A stretch of 64,000 nucleotides of DNA, taken from assembly GCA_965231215.1 (NCBI GenBank), contig OZ246423.1:832001-896000 (forward strand), given 5' to 3'. The notes beneath the pieces are model-generated. The model had not been told where the DNA came from and did not search any database. It saw only the letters and a list, made by a program, of their open reading frames with translations. Numbering within the stretch: position 1 is the stretch's first letter; each line of letters opens with the position of its first letter. The DNA comes from Candidatus Altimarinota bacterium. GTDB taxonomy: Bacteria > Patescibacteriota > Gracilibacteria > UBA4473. The translations under genes and the position numbers were made by a program. Positions 41,785 through 52,193 of this stretch are shown one piece after another.

Positions 41785-42201
41785 ATGCTTCAACCTAAAA
41801 AAACCAAATTCCGAAGACTGCACCGACTACGTTCTCAGCGTAAAGGAGTAGCCAATCGTGGCAATAAAATTGCCTTCGGGGAAGTAGGACTTAAAGCTAC
41901 TACAGCTGGTGAGATTAACGCTCGTCAGATTGAAGCGGCTCGTCGAGCGATTGCTCGGGCTGTAAAACGAGGAGGAAAAATTTGGATTCGAGTTTTTCCA
42001 GACAAAGTACTTACCGCTAAATCAGGGGAAGTACCAATGGGTTCAGGGAAAGGAGCTCCAGATAAATGGGTAGCTCAGGTGCTTCCAGGAAAAGTCCTTT
42101 TCGAAATGGGAGGAGCCGATCCAGAACTTATGAGAGAGGCACTAAAACTCGCTTCATACAAATTATGCGTGAAGTGCAAAGTAGTAACTAATGAAATCTA
42201 G
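41785..42201 (+). CDS. rplP: 50S ribosomal protein L16
   Basis: [26 protein letters not shown]. Confidence 0.97.
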   Translation: MLQPKKTKFRRLHRLRSQRKGVANRGNKIAFGEVGLKATTAGEINARQIEAARRAIARAVKRGGKIWIRVFPDKVLTAKSGEVPMGSGKGAPDKWVAQVLPGKVLFEMGGADPELMREALKLASYKLCVKCKVVTNEI

Positions 42202-42204
42202 GCA

Positions 42205-42396
42205 ATGACTATTCAAGAATTACGTCAGCTCACTCCAAGCAAGTTGTTAGCTCAACTAAAGAAAACTCGTAGAGAGCTAGCCGTTACTCGTTTTCATATT
42301 AAAACGGGTCAAAGCCAAGATACAGCGAGCATCAAAAAATTAAAAAAAGTGATTGCTCAGATCCAAACGCTCATCAATAACCTTAAGCAAAAATAA
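42205..42396 (+). CDS. rpmC: 50S ribosomal protein L29
   Basis: ELR...IAQIQT; synteny. Confidence 0.92.
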   Translation: MTIQELRQLTPSKLLAQLKKTRRELAVTRFHIKTGQSQDTASIKKLKKVIAQIQTLINNLKQK

Positions 42397-42635
42397 TGAT
42401 TAGTAAAAAAGGGACGGTTGTGAAAAAATCAGGGGATAAAACTATCCGAGTTGAGGTAAATGAAAGACGACCTCATCCTAAGTACAAGAAACAATACCGA
42501 ATCACTACTAATTACTTAGTACATGATGAAGAAAATAAAGCTAAAGATGGAGATGAAGTGGTAATTACTCAAGCTCGACCAACGTCTAAAAAGAAATCTT
42601 GGAACCTAACTTCTATAGAGAAAAGCGCTCAATAA
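42396..42635 (+). CDS. rpsQ: 30S ribosomal protein S17
   Basis: [25 protein letters not shown]. Confidence 0.95.
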   Translation: MISKKGTVVKKSGDKTIRVEVNERRPHPKYKKQYRITTNYLVHDEENKAKDGDEVVITQARPTSKKKSWNLTSIEKSAQ

Positions 42636-43003
42636 TGATTCAACATATGACTCGTCTTCGTGTAACAGATAACACTGGTGCTAAGTGGGCACAGTGTGTA
42701 AAAGTCTTGGGAGGCTCTAAGAGAAGATACGCCCAAGTAGGAGACGTAATTGTTGTGGCCATTAAATCAGCCGCTCCTAAAGGAGTTGTAAAGAAAAAAG
42801 CGGTAGAAAGAGCCGTGATCGTAAGACAGACTAAAAAAATGAAAAGACCAGATGGGTCTTATATAAGCTTTGATGATAACGCTGTTGTGATCATCAACCA
42901 GCAAGGGCAACCTAAAGGAACACGTGTTTTCGGGCCTGTGGCTCGTGAACTTCGTTCTAAAGGGTACCAACCAATACTTTCTAAAGCGCCTGAAGTACTT
43001 TAA
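42635..43003 (+). CDS. rplN: 50S ribosomal protein L14
   Basis: [25 protein letters not shown]. Confidence 0.97.
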   Translation: MIQHMTRLRVTDNTGAKWAQCVKVLGGSKRRYAQVGDVIVVAIKSAAPKGVVKKKAVERAVIVRQTKKMKRPDGSYISFDDNAVVIINQQGQPKGTRVFGPVARELRSKGYQPILSKAPEVL

Positions 43004-43006
43004 AAC

Positions 43007-43372
43007 ATGAAATTCAGAATAGGAGACGACGTCGTTGTGATTACAGGGAGTGATAAAGGGAAAACCGGAAGCATTACCCGTATCCTAGAATCAGAAAACA
43101 AAGTGATTGTTGAAGGCATAAACATGAAAACAAAACACGTAAAAGGACGAGATGGAGTACCAGGAGAAAAAGTTCAATTTGCGGCTCCTATTCAGGCTTC
43201 AAATCTAGCGGTTATAGACGCTAAGACAAAAAAGCCAAGCCGAATAGGATACCTTATCGACAAAAATGGTAACAAAACTCGAATTACTAAAGCTTCTGGT
43301 CAAGAAGTGGTAAAAGCCGCTAAAAAAGAAAAGACCAAAGAAGACAAAGGACCTAAAACTATTAAAGCGTAA
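43007..43372 (+). CDS. rplX: 50S ribosomal protein L24
   Basis: GDDVVVITGSDKGK KOW motif. Confidence 0.96.
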   Translation: MKFRIGDDVVVITGSDKGKTGSITRILESENKVIVEGINMKTKHVKGRDGVPGEKVQFAAPIQASNLAVIDAKTKKPSRIGYLIDKNGNKTRITKASGQEVVKAAKKEKTKEDKGPKTIKA

Positions 43373-43378
43373 TTAAAA

Positions 43379-43975
43379 ATGACTGCAAAAGCCAAGAAAA
43401 CTTCCAACGCACATAAGTCACTCCTATTAGAGCGATATGCAAAAGAAATTGCGCCTCAACTTCAAAAAGATTTGGGGATGAAAAACGTAATGGAAGTGCC
43501 TAAGATTGAAAAAGTATGTGTGAATGTAGGTATGGGATCATACCTTCAAAGACTTGGGACGAAAGATTACAGCTTAGTAGAACAAACGCTGCTCCAAATT
43601 ACAGGACGAAAACCTGTCCTGAGAAAAGCTCGACTTTCGGTGTCGAACTTTAAACTCAGAGAAGGGATGCCTGTGGGATTAAGTGTGACGCTTCGAAAAG
43701 ACGAAGCTTACATCTTCCTGGATAAAATAATTAACATTGTGTTTCCTCGGGTGCGAGGCTTCCGTGGTATAAAACGAAACATCTTTGATAAAAGTGGAAA
43801 CTGTTCCTTCGGTTTTGCTGATCACTCTGTATTTCCAGAGATCGATCTAGAAGATGCTCGAAAAGCTCACGGAGTCCAAGTAACCGTTGTTACAAATGCA
43901 AGAGAATCAGCCCATGCCGAAAAATTAATGGAAGCTATGGGTTTCCCTTTTATAAATAATAAGGCTAACAATTAA
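43379..43975 (+). CDS. rplE: 50S ribosomal protein L5
   Basis: [23 protein letters not shown]. Confidence 0.96.
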   Translation: MTAKAKKTSNAHKSLLLERYAKEIAPQLQKDLGMKNVMEVPKIEKVCVNVGMGSYLQRLGTKDYSLVEQTLLQITGRKPVLRKARLSVSNFKLREGMPVGLSVTLRKDEAYIFLDKIINIVFPRVRGFRGIKRNIFDKSGNCSFGFADHSVFPEIDLEDARKAHGVQVTVVTNARESAHAEKLMEAMGFPFINNKANN

Positions 43976-43986
43976 TATTTAACTTT

Positions 43987-44241
43987 ATGGTACGAAAAGC
44001 CCTCCTGATCAAACAACAAAAAATGCTCGCACGAGCTATGGCTAAACGTGAAGATGGTACTTACAACCAAAAAAAACACGCCACAAAGCCAAAAGACAAG
44101 TACAAAACTCGAGCCTACAATCGGTGTAAAGTCACCGGACGCTCTGGTGGATATATGCGAGATTTTGGAATCTCACGTTGTTTGTTCCGGGAATTGGCTG
44201 AGAAAGCTGAAATTCCAGGAGTTCGTAAGAGTAGCTGGTAA
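43987..44241 (+). CDS. rpsN: 30S ribosomal protein S14, lacking the full Zn-ribbon Cys set
   Basis: NRCKVTGR...[12 protein letters not shown]...IPGVRKSSW. Confidence 0.95.
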   Translation: MVRKALLIKQQKMLARAMAKREDGTYNQKKHATKPKDKYKTRAYNRCKVTGRSGGYMRDFGISRCLFRELAEKAEIPGVRKSSW

Positions 44242-44335
44242 GCTGCTGTAACTCCAAAGCCGGTTAAGCCAGGCCAGGAGTTCACTCAATAATAAACTTA
44301 ATGGCTTAAACATTTAAACACTTAAACGCTCAAAA

Positions 44336-44710
44336 ATGGTAGACCCAATTGGTGACTTTCTAACTCGAATGCGTAATGCTCAGATGGCTGGGCAAGCAAC
44401 CGTTGTAGCTCCTTACTCAAAACTAAAAGAGCAAATTGCAAAGGTAATGCTAAAAAATAAATTCTTGGACAACGTTGAGGTTGTGGAGAACGGGAACAAA
44501 AAAGATCTCAAAGTAACTTTGCCTGAGAAATCACTCACGCTAAAACGAGTGTCTCGACCAGGGCAAAGAATCTACTGCGGAAGCCAAGATATTCGAAAAG
44601 TGCTTAATGGTCTTGGAATCGCTATTGTTTCGACTTCAAAAGGAGTTATTACTGGGTACGAAGCAAGAAAGCTTGGCGTCGGAGGTGAAATTTTATGTGA
44701 AATCAGCTAA
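44336..44710 (+). CDS. rpsH: 30S ribosomal protein S8
   Basis: DPIGDFLTRMRNA, RVSRPGQRIY, STSKG. Confidence 0.97.
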   Translation: MVDPIGDFLTRMRNAQMAGQATVVAPYSKLKEQIAKVMLKNKFLDNVEVVENGNKKDLKVTLPEKSLTLKRVSRPGQRIYCGSQDIRKVLNGLGIAIVSTSKGVITGYEARKLGVGGEILCEIS

Positions 44711-44727
44711 CTATATAACTATTTAAA

Positions 44728-45279
44728 ATGTCTAGAGTAGGTAATAAGCCAGTCGTTATCCCCGAAGGAGTAGAAGTACAATTGAGTGACAATGTGCTTA
44801 CAGCCAAAGGGCCCAAAGGAGAACTGTCTCAAAGTTTTGAACCCGCATACGTGGAAGTCAAAATAGAAGGGAATGAAATTTTAGTTTCTCGAAAAAACGA
44901 AACGAAAGAGGCTAAATCTAGACATGGCCTATACCGAAGTTTATTTGAAAACATCGTAGTCGGAGTCAAGACAGGATTCTCTAAATCGCTTGAAGTTCGC
45001 GGGGTTGGATACCGAGTAAATCCAAAAGGAAAAGCTCTGGAATTCAATCTAGGATACTCTCATTCTATTACTTACGATCTACCAGAAGGCGTAGAAGTAA
45101 AATTTGATGAACAAAACCAAAATATCTTTACGCTCTCCGGAGCTGATAAACAGTTAGTGGGACAAACCGCCGCTAACATTCGAAAACTCAGAAAACCTGA
45201 ACCTTACAAAGGAAAAGGTATCAGATACTCAGATGAACATGTAATTATTAAAGCTGGTAAATCTGCTAGCGCTGCTTAA
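44728..45279 (+). CDS. rplF: 50S ribosomal protein L6
   Basis: [24 protein letters not shown]. Confidence 0.97.
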   Translation: MSRVGNKPVVIPEGVEVQLSDNVLTAKGPKGELSQSFEPAYVEVKIEGNEILVSRKNETKEAKSRHGLYRSLFENIVVGVKTGFSKSLEVRGVGYRVNPKGKALEFNLGYSHSITYDLPEGVEVKFDEQNQNIFTLSGADKQLVGQTAANIRKLRKPEPYKGKGIRYSDEHVIIKAGKSASAA

Positions 45280-45284
45280 TTAAA

Positions 45285-45626
45285 ATGAAATCTATTATAA
45301 AACAGGCACGACTAAAAGCACGAGCAAGGCGTACGCACGCTAAAGCTCGAATTGCCCAACGACCAAGACTCGTAGTATTCAGATCTGGTAAAGCTATTTA
45401 CGCTCAGATTATAGATGATATTCAGAACAAAGTGCTCTGTGGAACCTCAAGCCTTAAAAGCAAAAAATCAGGGATTGAAGCTGCCGCTGAAGTAGGAAAA
45501 GCGCTTGCAGAAATGGCTAAAAAAGCCAAAGTCACTGAAGTCGCTTTTGACCGAAATGGTTATCAATATCACGGGCAAGTGAAAGCGCTCGCTGAAGCCG
45601 CTCGAGAAGGGGGTCTTAAATTTTAA
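45285..45626 (+). CDS. rplR: 50S ribosomal protein L18
   Basis: [18 protein letters not shown]. Confidence 0.96.
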   Translation: MKSIIKQARLKARARRTHAKARIAQRPRLVVFRSGKAIYAQIIDDIQNKVLCGTSSLKSKKSGIEAAAEVGKALAEMAKKAKVTEVAFDRNGYQYHGQVKALAEAAREGGLKF

Positions 45627-45670
45627 ACCGCTCAATAAACTAATTAAAAAATTCTATACTGCCGGTAGGC

Positions 45671-45705
45671 CAACTACCAACTAATAACTACCTACTACCA
45701 ACTAA
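45671..45705 (+). repeat. Five-unit heptamer tandem repeat upstream of rpsE
   Basis: CAACTAC CAACTAA TAACTAC CTACTAC CAACTAA. Confidence 0.7.
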
Positions 45706-45708
45706 TAA

Positions 45709-46470
45709 ATGTCAGAAGAAAAAAATGACGCTCCCGTAACGCCTGAGATGGCGGCTCCAGAAGCCACAGAAAACACTGAAAGCACTGAAGCTGCACAAGC
45801 TCCAGCTCAAGGTGGTGATAAAGCTCAAAATGATGCCAAAGACGGTAAAAAAGATCGTCGAGATGGGAACCGTCGTGGACGAGGACGACGTGAAAACCGA
45901 GGAGACAGACAACCAAAAGAATTTGAAGAATCAATCATTCAGATTGACCGAGTAACCCGAGTAACCAAAGGAGGACGACAGCTTCGATTTCGAGTTTCTG
46001 TAATCATCGGAGATCAAAAAGGACGTGTTGGATTTGGAATTGGAAAGTCTTCTGAAGTAATGACTGGAGTACAAAAAGCGATTACTCAGGCTAAAAGAAA
46101 CCTGATTACAGTACCCATCTTTGAAGACACGATTCCTCACAGTGTAACCGCTAAATTTAAATCTTCTAAAGTATTTTTGCTTCCAGCACCAGAAGGTAAA
46201 GGAGTAATTGCTGGAGGAGCCGTGCGTAAAGTTTTGGAACTGGCTGGTATTAAAAATGCCCTTTCTAAAATTCACGGATCACGAAACAAAATTAATACTA
46301 CTTACGCCACTATTCAAGCCCTTCAAATGCTACAAAACAGAGCGCCACATAAAAGCGCTGAAGAGGCTGAAGACACCCCCAAAGAAGAAAAAGCCGAAGC
46401 TAAAGCCGCTGATAAAAAGCCAGCTAAAAAAGCTCCGGCTAAAAAAACGACTAAAAAGAAAGACGCTTAA
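45709..46470 (+). CDS. rpsE: 30S ribosomal protein S5 with long N- and C-terminal extensions
   Basis: RVTRVTKGGR, GVIAGGAVR. Confidence 0.97.
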   Translation: MSEEKNDAPVTPEMAAPEATENTESTEAAQAPAQGGDKAQNDAKDGKKDRRDGNRRGRGRRENRGDRQPKEFEESIIQIDRVTRVTKGGRQLRFRVSVIIGDQKGRVGFGIGKSSEVMTGVQKAITQAKRNLITVPIFEDTIPHSVTAKFKSSKVFLLPAPEGKGVIAGGAVRKVLELAGIKNALSKIHGSRNKINTTYATIQALQMLQNRAPHKSAEEAEDTPKEEKAEAKAADKKPAKKAPAKKTTKKKDA

Positions 46471-46488
46471 TCTAAATTATTCATTCTC

Positions 46489-46956
46489 ATGAAAGTTCAT
46501 CAAACCGCTCCGAATCTAAAAAAACCAGCTCGAAAAAGAAAAGGCCAAGGAAACGCTACAGGTAATGGTACCTATGGTGGTCGTGGTATGAATGGACAGA
46601 ATGCACGAGCCGGAGGCGGTGTGCGACAAGGTTTTGAAGGAGGTCAAACCCCCTTGATCCAACGAATGCCAAAACGACGAGGATTTAAAAACCCAAACCG
46701 AGTAGAAACCCAAGCTGTTGATTTAGGGCAGATTGAAGCCGTATATAAAGACGGGGAAAGCGTAAACCTCGGTACTCTTATTGAAAAAGGGTTGGTCAAT
46801 AATCCTAATAAAAAAGTAAAAATTCTCGCTTCAGGGGAACTGAGCAAAAAAGTAACCGTAGAAGGTGTTCCAGCGTCTAAAACAGCCGTAGCCGCTATTG
46901 AAAAAGCTGGCGGAAAATTTGTCGCTCCAAAAGTAGAAAAAGCCGAAGAAAAATAA
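46489..46956 (+). CDS. rplO: 50S ribosomal protein L15
   Basis: GFEGGQTPL, PKRRGF, IEKAGG. Confidence 0.96.
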   Translation: MKVHQTAPNLKKPARKRKGQGNATGNGTYGGRGMNGQNARAGGGVRQGFEGGQTPLIQRMPKRRGFKNPNRVETQAVDLGQIEAVYKDGESVNLGTLIEKGLVNNPNKKVKILASGELSKKVTVEGVPASKTAVAAIEKAGGKFVAPKVEKAEEK

Positions 46957-46981
46957 GACTTATACTAAAGAACTAAATCAG

Positions 46982-47004
46982 AAACGCCTTCGGGCGTTTT
47001 TTTT
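46982..47004 (+). terminator. Terminator after rplO
   Basis: AAACGCC-TTCG-GGCGTTTTTTT. Confidence 0.9.
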
Positions 47005-47098
47005 ATTTCGCAAAGAAGTATTGACATTTTTTCAAAAATATTTATTTAAAATATAATAAAAGAAACATCAAAAGAAAAAACCTTTAATCAACCTTTTG

Positions 47099-47941
47099 AT
47101 GTTGTCTTTGATGCTTGGAATTGCGGCCTCAGTACAAATGGGAACTGTTAGTGTAGAAAACTACCATGCGGTTCACTCTAATGTGATACGTCGTTATAAG
47201 ATCTATAAATCACGTAATATTACGCCTCAATCCACAAGCCGAACCTCAGTGGATCTAAAACCTAAAACGACTCAAAAAAAGAAGCCTTTGAATCTACCTT
47301 GGGACGGGCATTTTTCAGCCAAAAATTTTACAACCTCTACGGATAGAATTGATTTGGAGGGGATTAAGGGAGCTCTTAAAGCGTCAATCTTGATGCTACC
47401 GAAAAACCACACAGGAACTTTAAAAGAACTTGAAATCAGAAATGTAACACATGTATCAAGAGGGCTCGCTAACTCTAAAAAGATTATTCTCCATACCGAT
47501 TCTGTAGAAACAGAGGCAGAGTTGAAGTCAGTGTTTGTCCATGAAATGGGGCACATTGTGGATTTAGGATATTTAAAGGGGCAAAATGGGAACGTTTCTA
47601 CCTTTAAAGACGGGAGACGAGTTATTTATACGGATGATCCGAGTTTGATTTTTTATACCATTTCTTGGCAGGATGAAAAGACGCGTAAAAAAGGAACCCT
47701 CAGAAATGATTTTGTTTCCGGTTACGCTATGCAGAGTCCGTTTGAAGATTTTGCGGAGAGCTATATTTTTTATCGATTACACGGTGAAAAGTTTCGAAAA
47801 ATTGCCAAAGAATCTGACGCCCTTGATCAGAAATACAACTTTATGAAATACCAGGTATTTGCCGGAGTGGAGTTTCAGAAAGAAAAAAATGGGAAGTTTC
47901 TTCACAACCTGATCTGGGATGCTACATTAGTAAAGTCTTAA
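47099..47941 (+). CDS. Putative secreted Zn metallopeptidase (HEXXH)
   Basis: VHEMGH and VSGYA...EDFAES. Confidence 0.7.
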   Translation: MLSLMLGIAASVQMGTVSVENYHAVHSNVIRRYKIYKSRNITPQSTSRTSVDLKPKTTQKKKPLNLPWDGHFSAKNFTTSTDRIDLEGIKGALKASILMLPKNHTGTLKELEIRNVTHVSRGLANSKKIILHTDSVETEAELKSVFVHEMGHIVDLGYLKGQNGNVSTFKDGRRVIYTDDPSLIFYTISWQDEKTRKKGTLRNDFVSGYAMQSPFEDFAESYIFYRLHGEKFRKIAKESDALDQKYNFMKYQVFAGVEFQKEKNGKFLHNLIWDATLVKS

Positions 47942-47949
47942 AAAATTTG

Positions 47950-48513
47950 ATGAAAATAAGTGGAGTACCAGTGGAAATAAAAGGCAATTTTATAAGGCCT
48001 ATTCCAGATAAACCTTTAGATACAGTACCTGTCCCTACAAATGAGAAATCTGCTTTTGGAACATTTCAGTCTCTTCGTTTAGAGATATTGAATCATCCAA
48101 ATTTTGAATTGGTTGCGAAGAAACTAAAGGTTGGTAATTCTGTCCCCACGACGTTGATGTTAAATTTTTTAGTGATGTTGGAGAAAGGATTCATACCTAA
48201 CTCTAATCCTAACTCTGTACAGGCTCAGAACCAGTTAATTCGACTAAAAATAATTCTAACGCGATTTATCTGTAATGAAAATTCTTTTGAATTATCACAG
48301 GCTGAGATTGAGTTTTTAAAAACACTAACAACAGAAATTGGAATGCAGAATTTAGCTCAAAGTGGGGCTTGGTATGATTTTTGTAGCCAATTGTATAAAG
48401 GAAATCCAGTGGAAGTGGCTGATGAAATTTTGATTCAGGTTCGAATGCTTTTTTCTCTTCAGATAAGAGATAGGGTAGAAAAAACTCATTTGAGAATAAG
48501 TTTGGTTCAATGA
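47950..48513 (+). CDS. Hypothetical protein
   Basis: ORF in an operon-like arrangement. Confidence 0.5.
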   Translation: MKISGVPVEIKGNFIRPIPDKPLDTVPVPTNEKSAFGTFQSLRLEILNHPNFELVAKKLKVGNSVPTTLMLNFLVMLEKGFIPNSNPNSVQAQNQLIRLKIILTRFICNENSFELSQAEIEFLKTLTTEIGMQNLAQSGAWYDFCSQLYKGNPVEVADEILIQVRMLFSLQIRDRVEKTHLRISLVQ

Positions 48514-49139
48514 AAAAATCTCACTGGAGAAAAACCTACAGAGACAAAGCGCACTTTTGGGCGAAGATTTTGGGAAAATGTCCAGGAGTAGAGGCTCTAT
48601 TTTTATCAGGGAGTTTAGCCCAAGGGAAAGCAAAGCAATCATCGGATATAGACTTTTTTATTATTGCCAAACCAGGGCAAATCTGGACGGCGCGGTTTTG
48701 GACTTTTTCAATCCTTAAATTTTGTGGCCAAATTTCAACAGAGACACATCATTCAGGGAAAATCTGCCCCAATCATCTGATCACTTCAAACGCTCTAGAA
48801 ATCGAAGAAAAAGACGCCTATAGTGCTCATCTTTTTAGTCATAATATCCCCCTTTGGGATCCTCAAAATATTTTTCCCCATTTTGCCGAAGCCAACACCT
48901 GGGTGTGGAAATACAAATATGAGTTTCCTCTGCAGATAGAAACGGGAGAGACTCCCAAATACGAAGCTCCAAAGGTGAAAAAATCATGGAGTGAAGGGTT
49001 TTTAAAATGGATTCAACAAAAGAAAGTTCAAAACAATCCAGATTTTAAAAGACCTGGAGCCAAAATAATTATGACCGATACTGAATTACGGTTTCACCCA
49101 GATCCCAAAAATCAGTACTGGAAAGAAATTAAAAGATAA
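48510..49139 (+). CDS. Pol-beta-superfamily nucleotidyltransferase domain protein
   Basis: LSGSLA...SDIDFFII. Confidence 0.75.
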   Translation: MKKSHWRKTYRDKAHFWAKILGKCPGVEALFLSGSLAQGKAKQSSDIDFFIIAKPGQIWTARFWTFSILKFCGQISTETHHSGKICPNHLITSNALEIEEKDAYSAHLFSHNIPLWDPQNIFPHFAEANTWVWKYKYEFPLQIETGETPKYEAPKVKKSWSEGFLKWIQQKKVQNNPDFKRPGAKIIMTDTELRFHPDPKNQYWKEIKR

Positions 49140-49155
49140 CGCCTAGTCTCGGGGG

Positions 49156-49258
49156 GCATTGCGAGGCAAAATTAATTTAAAGAAGTAATCTACTGCCGAA
49201 ATAAAGAATTAGATTGCCATGCTCTTATGCACAATTTTTAACCCTCGCTCTCCATGAC
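49156..49258. repeat. Degenerate palindromic element of the CATTGCGAG...GAAGCAATCT...AGATTGC...ATGAC type
   Basis: GCATTGCGAG...GAAGTAATCT...AGATTGCC...CTCGC...ATGAC. Confidence 0.5.
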
Positions 49259-49288
49259 AAAGAGATAAATTTTTGTTATGGTTAAAAT

Positions 49289-49699
49289 ATGAAATATGCA
49301 ATTACAATCCTGGCTACGGCCATAACGATTTTGCTTATGGATATTATCTGGCTCAAATACATTGCTGGGGGATTTTTTACCAAACATTTAGAAACAATTG
49401 GTCGGTTTAATGCAGATGGAACTTTCAATGTGGAATTAAAGGCCGCGGCTTTAGTCTACGTTACGATGATTGCGGCCATTATTGTGTTTGTAGTTCCGAG
49501 AGCTTCAAACAGCTTAGAAGCGGCAATGTATGGAGGTCTGATGGGATTAGTGCTCTATGCGGTGTTTGACGGGACGAATCTGGCCATCCTCAAAGACTGG
49601 TCTTGGAACTTCGCCGCGGTTGATATAGCGTGGGGGACTTTTCTTTGTGCGGTGACGGGACTGGTGGCGTGGAACGTCTTTCATTACTTTAGCCAGTAA
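49289..49699 (+). CDS. DUF2177-family membrane protein
   Basis: DIIWL, YAVFDGTNLA, DIAWG. Confidence 0.8.
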   Translation: MKYAITILATAITILLMDIIWLKYIAGGFFTKHLETIGRFNADGTFNVELKAAALVYVTMIAAIIVFVVPRASNSLEAAMYGGLMGLVLYAVFDGTNLAILKDWSWNFAAVDIAWGTFLCAVTGLVAWNVFHYFSQ

Positions 49700-50577
49700 T
49701 GTTTTGGTTTTGGGCGGTTGTGTCAATGCTGGGATATGCCACCCAAAATGTGCTAATGGCTCGTTATGTCAGAAGTATGGATGTCTTGTCCGCTGGGTTT
49801 TATAGAAACCTTACTTTTGTGGTGAGTTTTTTACCCCTGCTTTATTTTGTCTCCACTGAAAAGTACCAAATGATGATCTCCTTTTTGCCACTGATTATAC
49901 TGGCTGGTTTTCTGGGGGCGGCTTCCCAGTGGACTAGATTTTTGGCTTTAAGGTATTTCCCTATAGGGGTTTCGAGTAGTGGTATTATGGGATTTAACGT
50001 GGGTTTAGCCTGGCTTTTGGGGTGGTTTTATTTTGGAGAAGCTTTGAGTTTGCCAGTGTTATTTTCTTTAGTGTTGATTTTGGCAGGGAGTGTTACGTTA
50101 TCGGCGACAAAACAGTGTATGCCACACCTTGAAAGTACTTCAGTCTTGAGGGGGGGGAGTCTTATTTTTGTTACTAGTTTATTGATCACCACAGCTTTTG
50201 TTATTGTGGCTAAGGTAAGTCGTGAAGTAGATCCGCTACTTACGGCTTATGTATGGGAGGTTTTGATTGCCCCAGCGGCTTTAATTTTTATTGGATTTAG
50301 GAAACTGGCTAGAGGCAATGGGTTAGAAAAAATTTCACTTAAAGTCTTTCATAAAATCTTTTGGTGTGTGGCCCCTACGGCTGTTGGTACAGCTGGATTT
50401 GCTTTAGCTGTAACGATGGGGCCAGTAGCGATAGTATCAGCTATATCGGCTACAGGAGTATTAGTAGCAACGTGGATGGCCGTCATTTTGTATCACGAAA
50501 AACTCCAAAAGATTCATTACATTGCTATGGGCATAACCGTACTAGGAGTCATTTGCTTGAAGTTACTCTCCAGCTAA
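49699..50577 (+). CDS. DMT/EamA-family transporter
   Basis: About 10 TM segments in two EamA repeats (FGEAL, YHEKL). Confidence 0.8.
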   Translation: MFWFWAVVSMLGYATQNVLMARYVRSMDVLSAGFYRNLTFVVSFLPLLYFVSTEKYQMMISFLPLIILAGFLGAASQWTRFLALRYFPIGVSSSGIMGFNVGLAWLLGWFYFGEALSLPVLFSLVLILAGSVTLSATKQCMPHLESTSVLRGGSLIFVTSLLITTAFVIVAKVSREVDPLLTAYVWEVLIAPAALIFIGFRKLARGNGLEKISLKVFHKIFWCVAPTAVGTAGFALAVTMGPVAIVSAISATGVLVATWMAVILYHEKLQKIHYIAMGITVLGVICLKLLSS

Positions 50578-50964
50578 AAAGAGGTCTTTATCAGTAATGT
50601 AGTTTGCTTCTCCAGGAAGATAGTGGGTAGAAGAGAAGCAGAGCATTACCGCGTCTTTAGAGAACTCATAAAATTCATGCCAACACCCTTTGTGCACCAG
50701 TAAGGCTTTACTGGGATGATCGAGTTGGATTTCTTCTTCGTTGTTGCCATTATGAACTTTGGCGGTGATCGTGCCTTTGGCCGCTACAAAAACTTCAGAT
50801 TCTATTTTGTGAGCATGCCCCCCTCGAACGGCTTTTTCGTTCCCAGTTACTAAATACACTCGCTTGGTTTCAAACGGAAAATTTGCATCCAATTCAAAGG
50901 GAGTCAGGGTCCCACGTGAGTCTTCAAAGTGTGGGAAAGTGAGAATTTGGTATTTTTCAGACAT
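50563..50964 (-). CDS. FdtA/QdtA-family cupin (sugar 3,4-ketoisomerase)
   Basis: DSRGTL, PFETKRVY, RGGHAHK, WHE. Confidence 0.85.
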   Translation of the reverse strand: MSEKYQILTFPHFEDSRGTLTPFELDANFPFETKRVYLVTGNEKAVRGGHAHKIESEVFVAAKGTITAKVHNGNNEEEIQLDHPSKALLVHKGCWHEFYEFSKDAVMLCFSSTHYLPGEANYITDKDLFLAGE

Positions 50965-51030
50965 ATCATTGATACTTTAGTGTTCATTTTTTGATTGGTC
51001 AAAAAACGAAGCAAAAAAGACCGCCTTGAA

Positions 51031-51142
51031 AAGATTTTTGAAAAAAACAATCGATCAAATTCTATAAAGACCAAAGTCGCTTCGCTCCGAAATGCAGGCT
51101 CTTTTTAATGAATTATTCACGGGTTTTTTGGTTCAAAAATCT
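51031..51142. repeat. Miniature inverted-repeat element
   Basis: AAGATTTTTGAA...TTCAAAAATCTT termini with a central CGCTTCGCTC. Confidence 0.45.
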
Positions 51143-51167
51143 TCAGACGCGAAAATGAGGAATAGAA

Positions 51168-52091
51168 TTAATTATTGAGATACTGGTTGTGAGTTTTCTT
51201 TAAATCTGCATTGGCCACATGGGTATAGATCTGTGTGGTGGAAATATTAGAGTGGCCGAGCATTTCTTGGACAGACCTGATGTCAGCTCCATTCCGAAGT
51301 AAGGTTGTGGCAAAAGTATGTCTTAGTTTGTGGGGGGTAACAGGCTTGGTAATACCACACTTTCGGCCTCTATTGCGGATCATAATTTCTATAGCGGTAC
51401 GACTAAGACGGCGAGATTCACCATGATTTTCAAATTCATCTTTTCGTGTTCTTGCATTGATAAAAAACGGTCTAAAATTGTCATTCCGGAGGTCTAGATA
51501 GCTCTGGAGAATACGAGTGCAAAGGTCGGTCAAATACACAGTTCGGACTTTGTTGCCTTTCCCTATAATCGAAAATTCTTTGGTTTTCAGGTTTACGTGT
51601 TCGAGGTTGAGCGCACAGAGCTCAGATATCCGTAAACCGGTGGAAAAGAGCATTTCTACAAGCCCTCTATCACGAGCATCTATGAAAGCGTTTTTGCCTT
51701 CACGGTAGTTTCTGAGCGTATCAAGCTCGTCGAGAGTTAGCCCAGAGACATCACTGGGGTTGGTTTTGAGCAGTTCAATTTTTTCTGGATTCATGATGGG
51801 ATCATCCAGTTCTCGTTTGATGGCAAACTTTAAAAAACTCCGAAGGGGAATCAGGTAAATATTTCTCGTCTTTGAAGAGAGTGGCTGTCCTTTGCGGTTG
51901 GTCTTTTGAAACACAAAGTCCTGGTAATCATCTACCGTATGCAGATTTAGGTCTTTTATATGCGCTTTTTCCCCCATAACTTCAACCAAAAACCCCAAAC
52001 TCTTGCTATAGTTTCGGAGCGTATAAGGAGAACTATTTTTTACGTTTTTGAGGTAACGCAAATATTTTTCAATGCCTTGGGTTATAAGCAT
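51168..52091 (-). CDS. XerC/XerD-family tyrosine recombinase
   Basis: TGLRISEL, GKGNK, TPHKLRHTFAT, LGH...TTQIY. Confidence 0.92.
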   Translation of the reverse strand: MLITQGIEKYLRYLKNVKNSSPYTLRNYSKSLGFLVEVMGEKAHIKDLNLHTVDDYQDFVFQKTNRKGQPLSSKTRNIYLIPLRSFLKFAIKRELDDPIMNPEKIELLKTNPSDVSGLTLDELDTLRNYREGKNAFIDARDRGLVEMLFSTGLRISELCALNLEHVNLKTKEFSIIGKGNKVRTVYLTDLCTRILQSYLDLRNDNFRPFFINARTRKDEFENHGESRRLSRTAIEIMIRNRGRKCGITKPVTPHKLRHTFATTLLRNGADIRSVQEMLGHSNISTTQIYTHVANADLKKTHNQYLNN

Positions 52092-52193
52092 ACAAAGATT
52101 ATATTGTGTTAAGTTAATTGAAGCTAGAAAATTAAAGAATGATATCAAATTTTCTGTTGATGAAATTATCTCAGTGTAGGTTGAGAGCTAGAG

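Noticed and set aside
46470-46489. Absence of rpmD (L30) as a novelty
   Set aside because: Already known as a general CPR trait
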